Shown: piece by piece, positions 9,501 through 17,658 of the stretch
Numbering within the stretch: position 1 is the stretch's first letter
Layout: every line of letters starts with the position of its first letter
Assembly: GCA_051005695.1 (NCBI GenBank)
Contig: JBPCJC010000046.1
Location: 106,772 to 170,771, forward strand
Direction: 5' to 3'
DNA from: Chthoniobacterales bacterium
GTDB lineage: Bacteria > Verrucomicrobiota > Verrucomicrobiia > Chthoniobacterales > UBA10450
DNA length: 64,000 bases
Notes under the pieces: model-generated
Seen by the model: only the letters and a program-made list of their open reading frames with translations
What the model was told of the DNA's origin: nothing
The model's database searches: none
Translations under genes and position numbers: made by a program

Positions 9501-9992
9501 ACTGCCGGGGACTTCGACATAGACCTGCCATTCACCGGTTCTACTGGTATTGAAAGCCGTACTGGTCCTGTCGCAGGTCAACACACCGTGGTATTCACGT
9601 ACTCTGTCCCAGTAAACGTAACTACGGCCACCGCCACTTGCGGGGGGCTGCCGGCTACCCGGAGCGCGAGCGGCAGCCAGGTCACGGTTACTTGCACTGG
9701 CATAGCCAACTCTCAAACGATTGCGGTTAGCTTAAGCGGCGTGAGCGACGGAACGAACAGTGGGAATGTGTCAGTGCCGATGGGTCTCCTGCTCGGCGAC
9801 GTGGATGCCAGCAGGGTGGTAGATGGTAACGACGTCTCCAACGTGCAAGGTCACACTCGAGAAACGCCTAATAGTTCGAACTTCCGGGCTGACGTGGACA
9901 CTTCCGGTCTGGTCGATGGCAATGATGTTTCGATCACCCAAGGGCAGACGCGAAGCGCCCTTTCTCGGCCCTCCCGTCCACGGGCACGGTGA
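6585..9992 (+). CDS. Large secreted protein: PPC-like N-domain, BNR/Asp-box propeller, FN3, and C-terminal SRKTHG + dockerin-like module.
   Basis: Signal peptide: MKKVPVTNSARITLAALLMLAGIGLFCAIPLIKTARA. N-domain DWAGKKVKVELTWMDSNVTEYDIYIH parallels that of 3362. Asp-boxes: SDDDGVNW, RSDNGGTAF, STNNGISW, STDQGATW, TFDGGARW. FN3: LAWNEADTGNLPLTGYQILRG...YYYQVVAKN. C-terminus: AVSRKTHGTAGDFDIDLP...GDVDASRVVDGNDVSNVQ...SGLVDGNDVSITQ. Confidence 0.85.
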   Translation: MKKVPVTNSARITLAALLMLAGIGLFCAIPLIKTARAQVPTSGVINPTDVTPQAWNGTSLGVGAAMESACVDAPPAVPPANNCENYMLTLTGQPSDWAGKKVKVELTWMDSNVTEYDIYIHNSQNAVITSSMQGPGLSNQVAFIDPASAGTGVFRIHVARATALNPATDPYHGTASVVSTTGGGGTPTATPVPAPLDTVGKVGYENFEAPGVITPVVVTSSGGATVEYLGRGAGEPSLGVNWVSTSPSAGGMVNFQSDLETLFISFDESNSPTTPKATWVNRRAPSSSAVDSDPIGFTDHQTGRVFASELTLLSPDTSKISFSDDDGVNWTFDPQAQGPASAVDHQTIGGGPYHAPLFAPPPPLYPNAVYYCSQDIAAAFCTRSDNGGTAFTGTQTPLYTVNQCGGLHGHVKVAPDGTVYVPNRACGGNSAVVVSTNNGISWTVRPITNGSVPATPASDDPATAIDASGRVYTLLSFNGTQAAVAVSTDQGATWKNIYDLSSALGVKNVAFPAAVAGDAGRAAVAFYGTVTGTGDSSANNFTGVWHLYVSQTFDGGARWTTTDVTPNLPMQRMGLLRGGGGPLQRNLLDFFDIQYDRDGRVVVGYVNGCSGGPCSQAPIAGDGSTPVVGNTYSATASIARQSSGRRLLAANDPASTTSVPGIPFATEVRIGNTVRLAWNEADTGNLPLTGYQILRGTTSGGESLLIDNLPGTTTSYTDMTATDPTKTYYYQVVAKNSAGNSPARNEIAAPYIGDTCSGLIIHRNLPSHPESTGGSASQPPLPQLLIDYIAAGEPPSKPGQFMFKMKVGNLTTVPPDSRWRVVWDYIGSAANPNPDEQFYVGMTSSSSNPPVVTFEYGTVSTLSAVIIGVPTENPKGTADAASNFNADGTITIFVPKTGVGSPGLGDLLGAVNGRTFNSPGTAERSTLLIDHTFVKGGTDNSFPPATYTVSGNNSCSANALVPVGAVSRKTHGTAGDFDIDLPFTGSTGIESRTGPVAGQHTVVFTYSVPVNVTTATATCGGLPATRSASGSQVTVTCTGIANSQTIAVSLSGVSDGTNSGNVSVPMGLLLGDVDASRVVDGNDVSNVQGHTRETPNSSNFRADVDTSGLVDGNDVSITQGQTRSALSRPSRPRAR

Positions 9993-10258
9993 ACTTGGCG
10001 CGAACCGCAATCTTCCTAAACGGGGCTCATACCTCAGATGGAAGGCAATCGGGACACCAACCGTCAATCACGAACTGCGCTAAGAGCATTAAAAAATCTT
10101 TTGTGTTGGCGAATCGTAGGCCGACCGCTCCGGGTGCCCACGGGAGGACCCGAAGCACCCGCCCTATAACCGGCTCTTTTCGTCTATCGACGGCGCGCCG
10201 GTTCTTGTGCCATCTTTCCGCCTCGCGCGCCGCTATTCGCATTGCGCGCGCCTTTTGA

Positions 10259-10954
10259 ATGAAACGTTACCTTCCGTTCGCGCTCATTCTCCTGGTCGCT
10301 GCCGTCGCCTGCACCGCGGGCGTCATGATTTTGCGCCATCAAAAAACTGTGCTTGCCGCTGCCGAACGCGCGCAGGTCGAGGAAGCTTCGTTCGGTAAGC
10401 GTGGCGCCAATCCACCGCACATTCGCGGAAATGCGAGGGCCCCGGTTACCCTCGAAGAATTCGGCGATTTTCAATGCCCACCCTGCGGCAACCTCTCTTC
10501 AGTGCTTGCGAAACTCGAGCACGATTACGGCGCGCGTTTACGCGTTATCTTCCGTCAATATCCCTTGCAAATGCATGCCCACGCGGCGGAAGCCGCGCGC
10601 GTCGCCGAGGCCGCCGGAATGCAGGATAAATTCTGGGAGATGCACGATTTGCTATATCGCAACCAGACCAGCTGGACCAAAGCGGCTGACCCGACCGCCG
10701 AGTTGAATGGTTACGCCGGCAACCTCGGGCTCGATCCCGAACGCTTCAAAACAGATCTAGCATCCAAGACCGCCAAGGAACGAATCGAAGCCGACCAGGC
10801 GCGCGCGGACTCGTTAGGCGTGGACAGCACCCCGACCGTTTATCTGAATCACAATCGTGTCACGCCCAGCGCCTTTAACGAAAAAGGTCTGCGCGCCGTA
10901 ATCGATGCCGCCCTTGGTGGAAAAGCTCCCGCCTCGCCCTCGCCGACGAAATGA
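10259..10954 (+). CDS. DsbA-family thiol:disulfide oxidoreductase (thioredoxin fold, membrane-anchored).
   Basis: CPPC active site within FGDFQCPPCGNL. N-terminal TM helix: LPFALILLVAAVACTAGVMIL. ATGA start/stop overlap with the downstream VKOR gene. Confidence 0.85.
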   Translation: MKRYLPFALILLVAAVACTAGVMILRHQKTVLAAAERAQVEEASFGKRGANPPHIRGNARAPVTLEEFGDFQCPPCGNLSSVLAKLEHDYGARLRVIFRQYPLQMHAHAAEAARVAEAAGMQDKFWEMHDLLYRNQTSWTKAADPTAELNGYAGNLGLDPERFKTDLASKTAKERIEADQARADSLGVDSTPTVYLNHNRVTPSAFNEKGLRAVIDAALGGKAPASPSPTK

Positions 10955-11412
10955 AAAAATCGAGATCCCGTAACGTGGTCGAGCAGGGGGCACGCGCGCG
11001 CCGGATCATCCTCACGATTGCCGCCGTCCTCGCTCTCGCTGGGTTGGCCGAAACCACTTACCTCACCGCCTCGCATTTTGCCGGCGCCCAAGTCGTCTGC
11101 GGAAACGCCGGAAATTGTTCGCAAGTTCTGGGAAGCATCTATTCCAGCGTGCACGGAATTCCCCTCGCCGCGCTCGGTGCGCTCGCCTACTTCGTCGTCT
11201 TCAGTTCTGCGACTTTGGCCGCCTCCGGTTATCGAAAAGCCGGCCTCGCCCTTGCCCTGGTCGTGAGCGCTATGTTTGTGACCACCCTTTGGCTGCTTTA
11301 CTTACAGGCCTTCGTCCTCCACACTTTTTGCGAATATTGCCTCGCCTCCGCGGCAATCATTTTCATCCTCGCCGGCCTGGTCATAGCCATGCCGCCGCCG
11401 CAAGAAAATTAG
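10951..11412 (+). CDS. Vitamin K epoxide reductase (VKOR) family membrane protein, a DsbB analogue.
   Basis: Loop cysteines in CGNAGNCSQVLGSIYSSVHGIPLAALG and a CxxC in a TM helix (FCEYCL). Four predicted TM segments. Translationally coupled to the DsbA-like gene. Confidence 0.85.
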   Translation: MKKSRSRNVVEQGARARRIILTIAAVLALAGLAETTYLTASHFAGAQVVCGNAGNCSQVLGSIYSSVHGIPLAALGALAYFVVFSSATLAASGYRKAGLALALVVSAMFVTTLWLLYLQAFVLHTFCEYCLASAAIIFILAGLVIAMPPPQEN

Positions 11413-11440
11413 CCGCCGCAATTCCGGCCTGGGACAGCAT

Positions 11441-14400
11441 TTGTCCCTCCACTCTGCTAGAATCGGCGGAGTGCAGTTGGAATTGGAACTTCAGTCGAAT
11501 CGCCGAGTCAGCCTGCTCATCGCCGCTTCTGCGCGGGGGGCTTGGGACGGCGCGATCGCGGCTTGGTGCGCGCGAGTCGCCCGGGAAAATTGGAAAACAC
11601 AGCGCCCAGCCGCAATCGTAGTTCCGACCCGCGGCCAGGCGCAGGCGTTGAAAGCGTGCCTGCTCGAACACGGCCAATCCGCGCTCGGCATTCATTTCGT
11701 CACTCCGCCACACCTGCGGATCTTGCTCGCGGGCGACATCGAAATTTCTTCGCCGCAGCGCGAACACTTCCGCCTCCTCCTCGCGCTCGCCGCGGAGGAA
11801 CAGCTAGCCGATTCATCGCTCGCCGAAGCTGAACGTCTCGCCGCCATTTCCGTCCGGCGCACGCCCGATCATCTGCTTCGTTTACTCGAGCAACTCAGCG
11901 CCGCGGGTGCCGATTTTAACCAGGTCGATCTCCCCGCCTTTCGTTCGGTGGTGCGAAAGTTTCGCGCTCAACTCGCCTCCGCCGGGCTCGACCTCGCTCC
12001 AGAAGCCGATCGCAAATTGCTCGGGCACGCGCGCTCATCCGCGCGCGCACTTGAAGAACTACTCGTTAGCGGGTTTCACGGCGCACACTGGCCGCTTTGG
12101 AATCTCTTGCACGCCGCCACCGAAAGCGCCGACGCGGCCACGGTCTTCCTGCAATATCCGCGCGCCGAAGCTGCTGATCTCGACGCGGCCTGGATCGGAA
12201 CCTGGGAAGAAAAGTTCGGCGAAGCCAAACCGATCGAGTCCGAAACCGACACGCCCGCACCGGAGCGTGAAACAATTTTCCTCGCCGGAATGGATACGCG
12301 CGAACAAGCGGAAGCCATCACCGCCGCGGCCGAAAAATTTCTCGCGGACGAATCCTGCACTCGTCTCGGCATCATCGTCCCGGCCGCCGGCGCGCTCGCA
12401 CGTCTCGTGGCCGCGGCCTGCCATCGCCGTGGTCTTCCGCACTACGACGCCATGGGCCAGATGGTGCCGGGCATTTTCGAGTCCGCGGATTTTTGGAGCT
12501 GGCTGGAACTGCAGCGCACGCCGCGGCTCAATGTTCTCCTGCGTTTCCTGACTCATTTGCCTAACGAGCACGCCTTCTTCAACGAAATCTCGCGCCGTAA
12601 AATCGCCGACGCCCTGACTCGTGCGCACGGCGAGCTCGCCCTCGACGAACTCCCTCTGCTCATCGCCTTCGCGCGCACGCACAACGAACACGGCGAACTC
12701 GTCGCCGCGGCGCTGCGCTCGATTCTCTTCTTACCGGAACGCGCAACTTTCGCGGAATTCTCCCGCGTTACCGCGGACGCGTTTCAGCAACTCGACTGGA
12801 ATGAAAGCGAGCGCGAAATCCAATCGCGCACCGGTTGGGCAACGGACATCTCCTCGACTTTCTCGCGCACGCTTTACCTCCAATGGCTCGAGGAAATCGC
12901 GCTTAGTTTCACCCTCACTCGCGACCTCCTCGGCCAGCATCCGTACGCGCGCGTGCAAATTCTCACGCCCGCGCAGGCTGAGGATCAATCGTGGTCGCAT
13001 CTCATCCTCGCGGGCTTGAACGAAAACGCCTGGCCCGCGAGTGCGCGCGGCGATTTTCTTCCGGCTGCGCAGATCGATTCCCTCAATCAGGCCGTGCAAA
13101 AAATAAACCGCGCGGCCACCCGCCGCGGTCGTCAGGGCGAAGGGCACGTCGCGGTGCGCGAGGGCGCCACCCTTTTTCTCGGCACTGCGCAACAGCGCCA
13201 GCTCGCGCTCGCCCAGTTCAACAGCCTGGTCGAATCCACGCGCTGCGGCCTCGCCCTCACCGCCAGCGTCGTCCAGGAAGCAACTCCCGAACGCGTTTCC
13301 AATCCGAGCGAATTTTTCAGCCGCATATATCATCAGGTGCATGGGCGCTCTGTTTCGCAGACGACCTTGCGTGGTCTGCGCGACGCCACGCGCGCCTGGT
13401 TGCAGGAAGCCGCCGCGCCTTCGCAAAATGAAAGCGAAAACGCTGCGCGCGGGATTCGCCAAACCCGTCTCGCCTACTCCGCGCGGCGCGATCCCGAGGC
13501 CGTCTCCGGCGAGTATGATTTTGCCCTGCGCACTCGGCCTAAGGAGACAAAGCCGATGAGCGTGAGCGCGATCGAAGCCCTCTTGAAATCGCCCGCGCTC
13601 GTCTGGTTGGAACGTTATCTCGGCGTCGCCGGCGAAGAAGACTCAACCTATGCATGGAATGCTACCGTCGGAAAATGGACCCACCAATGGTTGGCCGACG
13701 CCATCGGGCGGAGCGAGAGCTTTGTCCCGTTTCCTTCGGCTAACGAGATCGCACAACGTCTGCTCACGGCCGCGGAACGAAAACGCGCCGAGGTCGCACA
13801 GCTTTGCCGCGAGACCGGAAAGATCGTGCCCGATTGGTGGGAATCCGGTTGGGAAAATGCGCTCTGCCTTGCGCAAACTCTCGGCCGTATTCTCGCGACC
13901 GCCGAGGGTTGGAATTGGGCCGTGCCCGAATGGCGCCTGGAAGCGCAGGCGATTCCGGTGGGCGACGATCGCCATCTTCTCCTCCGCGGTTTTGCCGACC
14001 TCTTGTTAGTCCAGTCGCACATCAAGCCGACTTCGCTGCGCGTGCCGGCGCTTTGGATTGTGGATTACAAAACCGGGAACAAAAAATCTCTCTCGGTTAA
14101 GAATGCCAAGACCCCGGAAATGGCTGCGCGCCGCGTGCTCCGGCAAGTCCTGAAACGTGACGCCTTGCAGCTCGGCCTCTACGCCCTCGCCGCGGAACAA
14201 TTCGGCGCGGAAAACGTGCAGGTCAGTTTGCTTTCGCCGCTCACCCCGCGCGCCGAGCCGCAACTACAGCGCGCAGAATTTTCCGTTTGCGAGCCGGCTT
14301 TTCGCGAGCTCGCGCGCATGCAGGCCACCGGCATTTTCGGGATGCACGGCACACCGCGCGATCGTTTCAGTTTCACCAGGGATTATCCGCTGGCCACGCT

Positions 14401-14479
14401 CGCGATCGATCGCGAGATCACCGAGGAACGCTGGGAAAAAACGCACCCCGATCTGCCGATTGACGAGGAGGCGTATTAA
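11441..14479 (+). CDS. addB: AddB-like subunit of a helicase-nuclease (C-terminal PD-(D/E)XK nuclease). Start uncertain.
   Basis: About 1000 aa, immediately upstream of and abutting a UvrD/AddA-type helicase gene. C-terminal nuclease motif: LWIVDYKTGNKK...LQLGLYALA. Confidence 0.7.
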   Translation: MSLHSARIGGVQLELELQSNRRVSLLIAASARGAWDGAIAAWCARVARENWKTQRPAAIVVPTRGQAQALKACLLEHGQSALGIHFVTPPHLRILLAGDIEISSPQREHFRLLLALAAEEQLADSSLAEAERLAAISVRRTPDHLLRLLEQLSAAGADFNQVDLPAFRSVVRKFRAQLASAGLDLAPEADRKLLGHARSSARALEELLVSGFHGAHWPLWNLLHAATESADAATVFLQYPRAEAADLDAAWIGTWEEKFGEAKPIESETDTPAPERETIFLAGMDTREQAEAITAAAEKFLADESCTRLGIIVPAAGALARLVAAACHRRGLPHYDAMGQMVPGIFESADFWSWLELQRTPRLNVLLRFLTHLPNEHAFFNEISRRKIADALTRAHGELALDELPLLIAFARTHNEHGELVAAALRSILFLPERATFAEFSRVTADAFQQLDWNESEREIQSRTGWATDISSTFSRTLYLQWLEEIALSFTLTRDLLGQHPYARVQILTPAQAEDQSWSHLILAGLNENAWPASARGDFLPAAQIDSLNQAVQKINRAATRRGRQGEGHVAVREGATLFLGTAQQRQLALAQFNSLVESTRCGLALTASVVQEATPERVSNPSEFFSRIYHQVHGRSVSQTTLRGLRDATRAWLQEAAAPSQNESENAARGIRQTRLAYSARRDPEAVSGEYDFALRTRPKETKPMSVSAIEALLKSPALVWLERYLGVAGEEDSTYAWNATVGKWTHQWLADAIGRSESFVPFPSANEIAQRLLTAAERKRAEVAQLCRETGKIVPDWWESGWENALCLAQTLGRILATAEGWNWAVPEWRLEAQAIPVGDDRHLLLRGFADLLLVQSHIKPTSLRVPALWIVDYKTGNKKSLSVKNAKTPEMAARRVLRQVLKRDALQLGLYALAAEQFGAENVQVSLLSPLTPRAEPQLQRAEFSVCEPAFRELARMQATGIFGMHGTPRDRFSFTRDYPLATLAIDREITEERWEKTHPDLPIDEEAY

Positions 14480-14480
14480 G

Positions 14481-17400
14481 ATGACCCCGAGCGATCAAGC
14501 AGCACGCGATCGTTTCGCGCACGAACTCGATCGCAATTTTTCCGTCATCGCCGCCGCCGGTTCCGGCAAGACCCGCGCGGTCACCGATCGGATTGTGGCG
14601 CTGGCAAATTCTTCCGGCGCGGTCAACGCGCTCCCGCGTCTGGTCGTGCTCACTTTCGCCAACCGCGCCGCCGATGAGATGCAGCAGCGCGCGCGCGCGC
14701 AAATTCTGGAAGCGAATCCAACCCCGGAAATCCTGGCCGCGTTTAACCGCGTGTGGTTCGGCACCATTCACTCCTTTTGCCTCAAGCTTCTGAATGATTA
14801 CGGCCACTACCTCGGCCTGCCCGCGCCGCTCGACTTGATCCAGGACGACGACGATCTCTGGAATGAATTCGTCCAACAACAAACGCACGTCGGACGTTCG
14901 CTCTCGCCGGCAAATCGCGCCGCCTTGCTCCGGCTCGCTTCGCTCCGCCACATCATGGAACTCGGGCGCCAAGCGGGCTCGGCGCTCCTCCGGCCTAACG
15001 AGCCCTGCGCTTTTCCGGAAATAGATCTGCAGGAAATCCGCCGCGCGGCCTTGGGCGCGCGCAAGAGTGAAACGGTCGACAACTCCATCGCGCAACTCAA
15101 CGCCTGGGAAAATGATTTCCGCGATGGCTCCGGTTTTCTTCGTTGGCCTGGTTGCTCCACCACCGCCAAAGGCATCGACGAAATCTGGGAGCGCGCCTTC
15201 ATCCCCTTGCGCCGCTGGGTCAATCAAACCGCCATCTGCGTCGCTGCAGAAGTGCAGCACGATTACCGTAACTTCCGGCTCGAGCGCGGCGTGGTCACGT
15301 ATGCCGATCAGATCGCGCTTGCCGATGAACTCTTGCAACATCCCGAAGCCGCGCGCCGCCTCCGCCAGCTCGATCATCTCGTGATTCTCGACGAAGCACA
15401 GGACACTGATCCCGCCCAATTTTCTGTGCTCCTGGAAATCACCCGCCCGCCGGATGCGACCGGCCGCTGGTTGGAAATGCGAACCGATCCGCCGCGGCCA
15501 GGCCGCTTCTGCATGGTCGGCGACCGCCAGCAGTCCATCTATCACGACCGCGCCGATCTTGCGCATTACCTCCGCGTGCACGAAGCGCTCGTGCAATCCG
15601 AAGCCGGCGAAGCGCTTGTCTTCGCCGTCACCTTCCGGCTCGATCAGGGCCAGCTCGATTTTATTAACGTTACTTTCGGCGAAATTTTGCACGGCAGTGA
15701 AGGCCAGGTTGAATTCGTTAGGCTGGAACCACGTCCGCAGATTCTGCCCGGCCAGGTCATTCGTCTTTCTCTTCCCGGCCAACTTCTCGCCGGCCACGAA
15801 AAGCCGAAAGATCGGGTGATCGCACGCATCGCCGCGGACGAACTTGCCCGCTGGTTAAAAAACGCCGGCGTCGAAAAATTGCGCGCGCACACCTGGCGTG
15901 AGGTCGCGATTCTTTGTCCGCGACGCGATTGGTTGCGCACGATGGCGATCGCGCTGCGCAAAGTCGGATTGCCCGTGGAAGTGCAATCGGAAAGTGATCT
16001 GCAAGCCGACTCGCCCGCCTACGCCTGGTTGACCGCGCTCTGCACGATCATGGTCGAGCCGCGGAATCACTACGAAATTGTCGGCGTCCTGCGCGAAATC
16101 TACGGACTCTCGGACCACGACCTGGCGATTTTTTCGGAGGCCAACGGGAGCCGTTTTCAGATTGAAACTGCCGTCGCGTCCGCCGGCGTGATCTCTTCGC
16201 AAATCGCCGAGCTCGCGGAGCTGCGCGCTTCTCTCCAAAGCTTGCCGCTGTTTGCCGCGATCGAGCAATTGCTCGCGCGCACCGCCTTGCGCGCCCGCAT
16301 CGCTTCGCTCCCCGAGGAAGATTTTAAGAACCCGCTCGCTGATCTCGACACTTTGCTTACGCTCGCCGCCGAATCCGCGGCGGCTGGCGGGACGCTCGCC
16401 GATTTCGCGGAGCGTTTGCGTTCCGAGATGGAACGTCCGCGCCCAGTGCGTCTCTCGGATGAAAATGCCATCCAGCTAATCACCGCGCAGAAAGCGAAAG
16501 GTTCGGAATGGGACGCGGTCATCGTGCCGTTTCTCAGTCGCCGCATCGTCGGCTTCTGGCCGCGTTATCCGTCGCTCATTCGCGTCCCCGGGGGCGATCA
16601 AGTAATCGCCGCGTTGCACAAGGAAGATCGCGAAAGCGAAATCAAAGAGGCCTACAAAAAATTGCGTCGTCAGGAAATGGAACGCCTGCTTTACGTCGCG
16701 CTCACACGCGCGCGGCACACCCTCGTGCTCGTGGCCGATCGCGAACTTTTTTCGCATCGCAGCGATCGGCTGGCAGATGATTCGCAGCTAAAGTTTTTGC
16801 GGGGCGATCGCCATGAATCGAGTTACGCCGCGCTCGAAACGCTTTCGAAAAATGCCGAGGCCTGCGCGCAAACTTCAGCCTCCTGGGAAGAAAAACGCGC
16901 CGCGGTCGCGGAACCGAAACTCGCGCTCACGCCGCTCGATTCCGCCACGCGGGAGCGCGCCCGCGCGCACGCGTCCGATTTCATTCGCAAACAAAATCCC
17001 AGCGGCTACGGCGAGGAACTCGAATCGTCCGGGGCGACGATCCCCGCGCGTTCGCTCGCGGATAATCCGGCCACGCTTTACGGCAGTTGGTGGCACACAC
17101 TCTTTCAACATTTCCCCTGGACGAGCGGAGCCGCCCAATGGCAGACCGCTTTCCACGCGCTGCAACCCAGCTCGCCTGATGCTGCTCGTTCCGAGCGCGA
17201 ATGGAAATTATTCGCGAAGACGCCGGCGGATTCCGCATTCATGCAATTTCTCGGGCGTCCCGGAATTGTCGCGCACACCGAGTTTCCATTTTTGTGGCGC
17301 ATCGATCAGCGCACCTGTCTTGAAGGCGTGATTGATTTGCTCGTGATCGATCCGGAGGCGCGGAAATGTTTGCTCATCGATTGGAAAACCAATCACGTCA

Positions 17401-17639
17401 CGCGCAAGGATTTGGAAAAATTGCGGACGCGTTATCGCCCGCAACTCGCGGCCTACTGGAACGCCGTCAGCGAGCTGACCGGTTTCGCGGTGGCCGCCGG
17501 TCTCTATTCCACCGCCACCGGAAATTTCCTGACCGATGATCAGGCCGAATTGAAAAAGGAATGGGCGCGTCTCGCGAAACTGCCGTCGGAAAAAATGCGC
17601 TCCGCGATGGCGCCGGACGAGATCGCGCCACGCATTTAG
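14481..17639 (+). CDS. addA: UvrD/Rep-family helicase with a C-terminal PD-(D/E)XK nuclease (AddA/RecB-like).
   Basis: ATG at 14481 gives MTPSDQAARDRF. Walker A: AAAGSGKTRAV. DEAQD box: ILDEAQDTDP. Helicase motif VI-like: LLYVALTRARHTLVL. C-terminal nuclease: CLLIDWKTNHV. The upstream part of track ORF 14157.. overlaps addB and is rejected. Confidence 0.85.
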   Translation: MTPSDQAARDRFAHELDRNFSVIAAAGSGKTRAVTDRIVALANSSGAVNALPRLVVLTFANRAADEMQQRARAQILEANPTPEILAAFNRVWFGTIHSFCLKLLNDYGHYLGLPAPLDLIQDDDDLWNEFVQQQTHVGRSLSPANRAALLRLASLRHIMELGRQAGSALLRPNEPCAFPEIDLQEIRRAALGARKSETVDNSIAQLNAWENDFRDGSGFLRWPGCSTTAKGIDEIWERAFIPLRRWVNQTAICVAAEVQHDYRNFRLERGVVTYADQIALADELLQHPEAARRLRQLDHLVILDEAQDTDPAQFSVLLEITRPPDATGRWLEMRTDPPRPGRFCMVGDRQQSIYHDRADLAHYLRVHEALVQSEAGEALVFAVTFRLDQGQLDFINVTFGEILHGSEGQVEFVRLEPRPQILPGQVIRLSLPGQLLAGHEKPKDRVIARIAADELARWLKNAGVEKLRAHTWREVAILCPRRDWLRTMAIALRKVGLPVEVQSESDLQADSPAYAWLTALCTIMVEPRNHYEIVGVLREIYGLSDHDLAIFSEANGSRFQIETAVASAGVISSQIAELAELRASLQSLPLFAAIEQLLARTALRARIASLPEEDFKNPLADLDTLLTLAAESAAAGGTLADFAERLRSEMERPRPVRLSDENAIQLITAQKAKGSEWDAVIVPFLSRRIVGFWPRYPSLIRVPGGDQVIAALHKEDRESEIKEAYKKLRRQEMERLLYVALTRARHTLVLVADRELFSHRSDRLADDSQLKFLRGDRHESSYAALETLSKNAEACAQTSASWEEKRAAVAEPKLALTPLDSATRERARAHASDFIRKQNPSGYGEELESSGATIPARSLADNPATLYGSWWHTLFQHFPWTSGAAQWQTAFHALQPSSPDAARSEREWKLFAKTPADSAFMQFLGRPGIVAHTEFPFLWRIDQRTCLEGVIDLLVIDPEARKCLLIDWKTNHVTRKDLEKLRTRYRPQLAAYWNAVSELTGFAVAAGLYSTATGNFLTDDQAELKKEWARLAKLPSEKMRSAMAPDEIAPRI

Positions 17640-17658
17640 ATTGAAAAACGGAGCGACA

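Noticed and set aside
14157-14480. The upstream 108 codons of track ORF 14157..17639 (the N-terminal extension of the helicase).
   Set aside because: This stretch overlaps the well-supported 3' end of the AddB-like gene in another frame and translates to low-complexity sequence. The ATG at 14481 immediately after the addB stop gives a canonical UvrD-type N-terminus.
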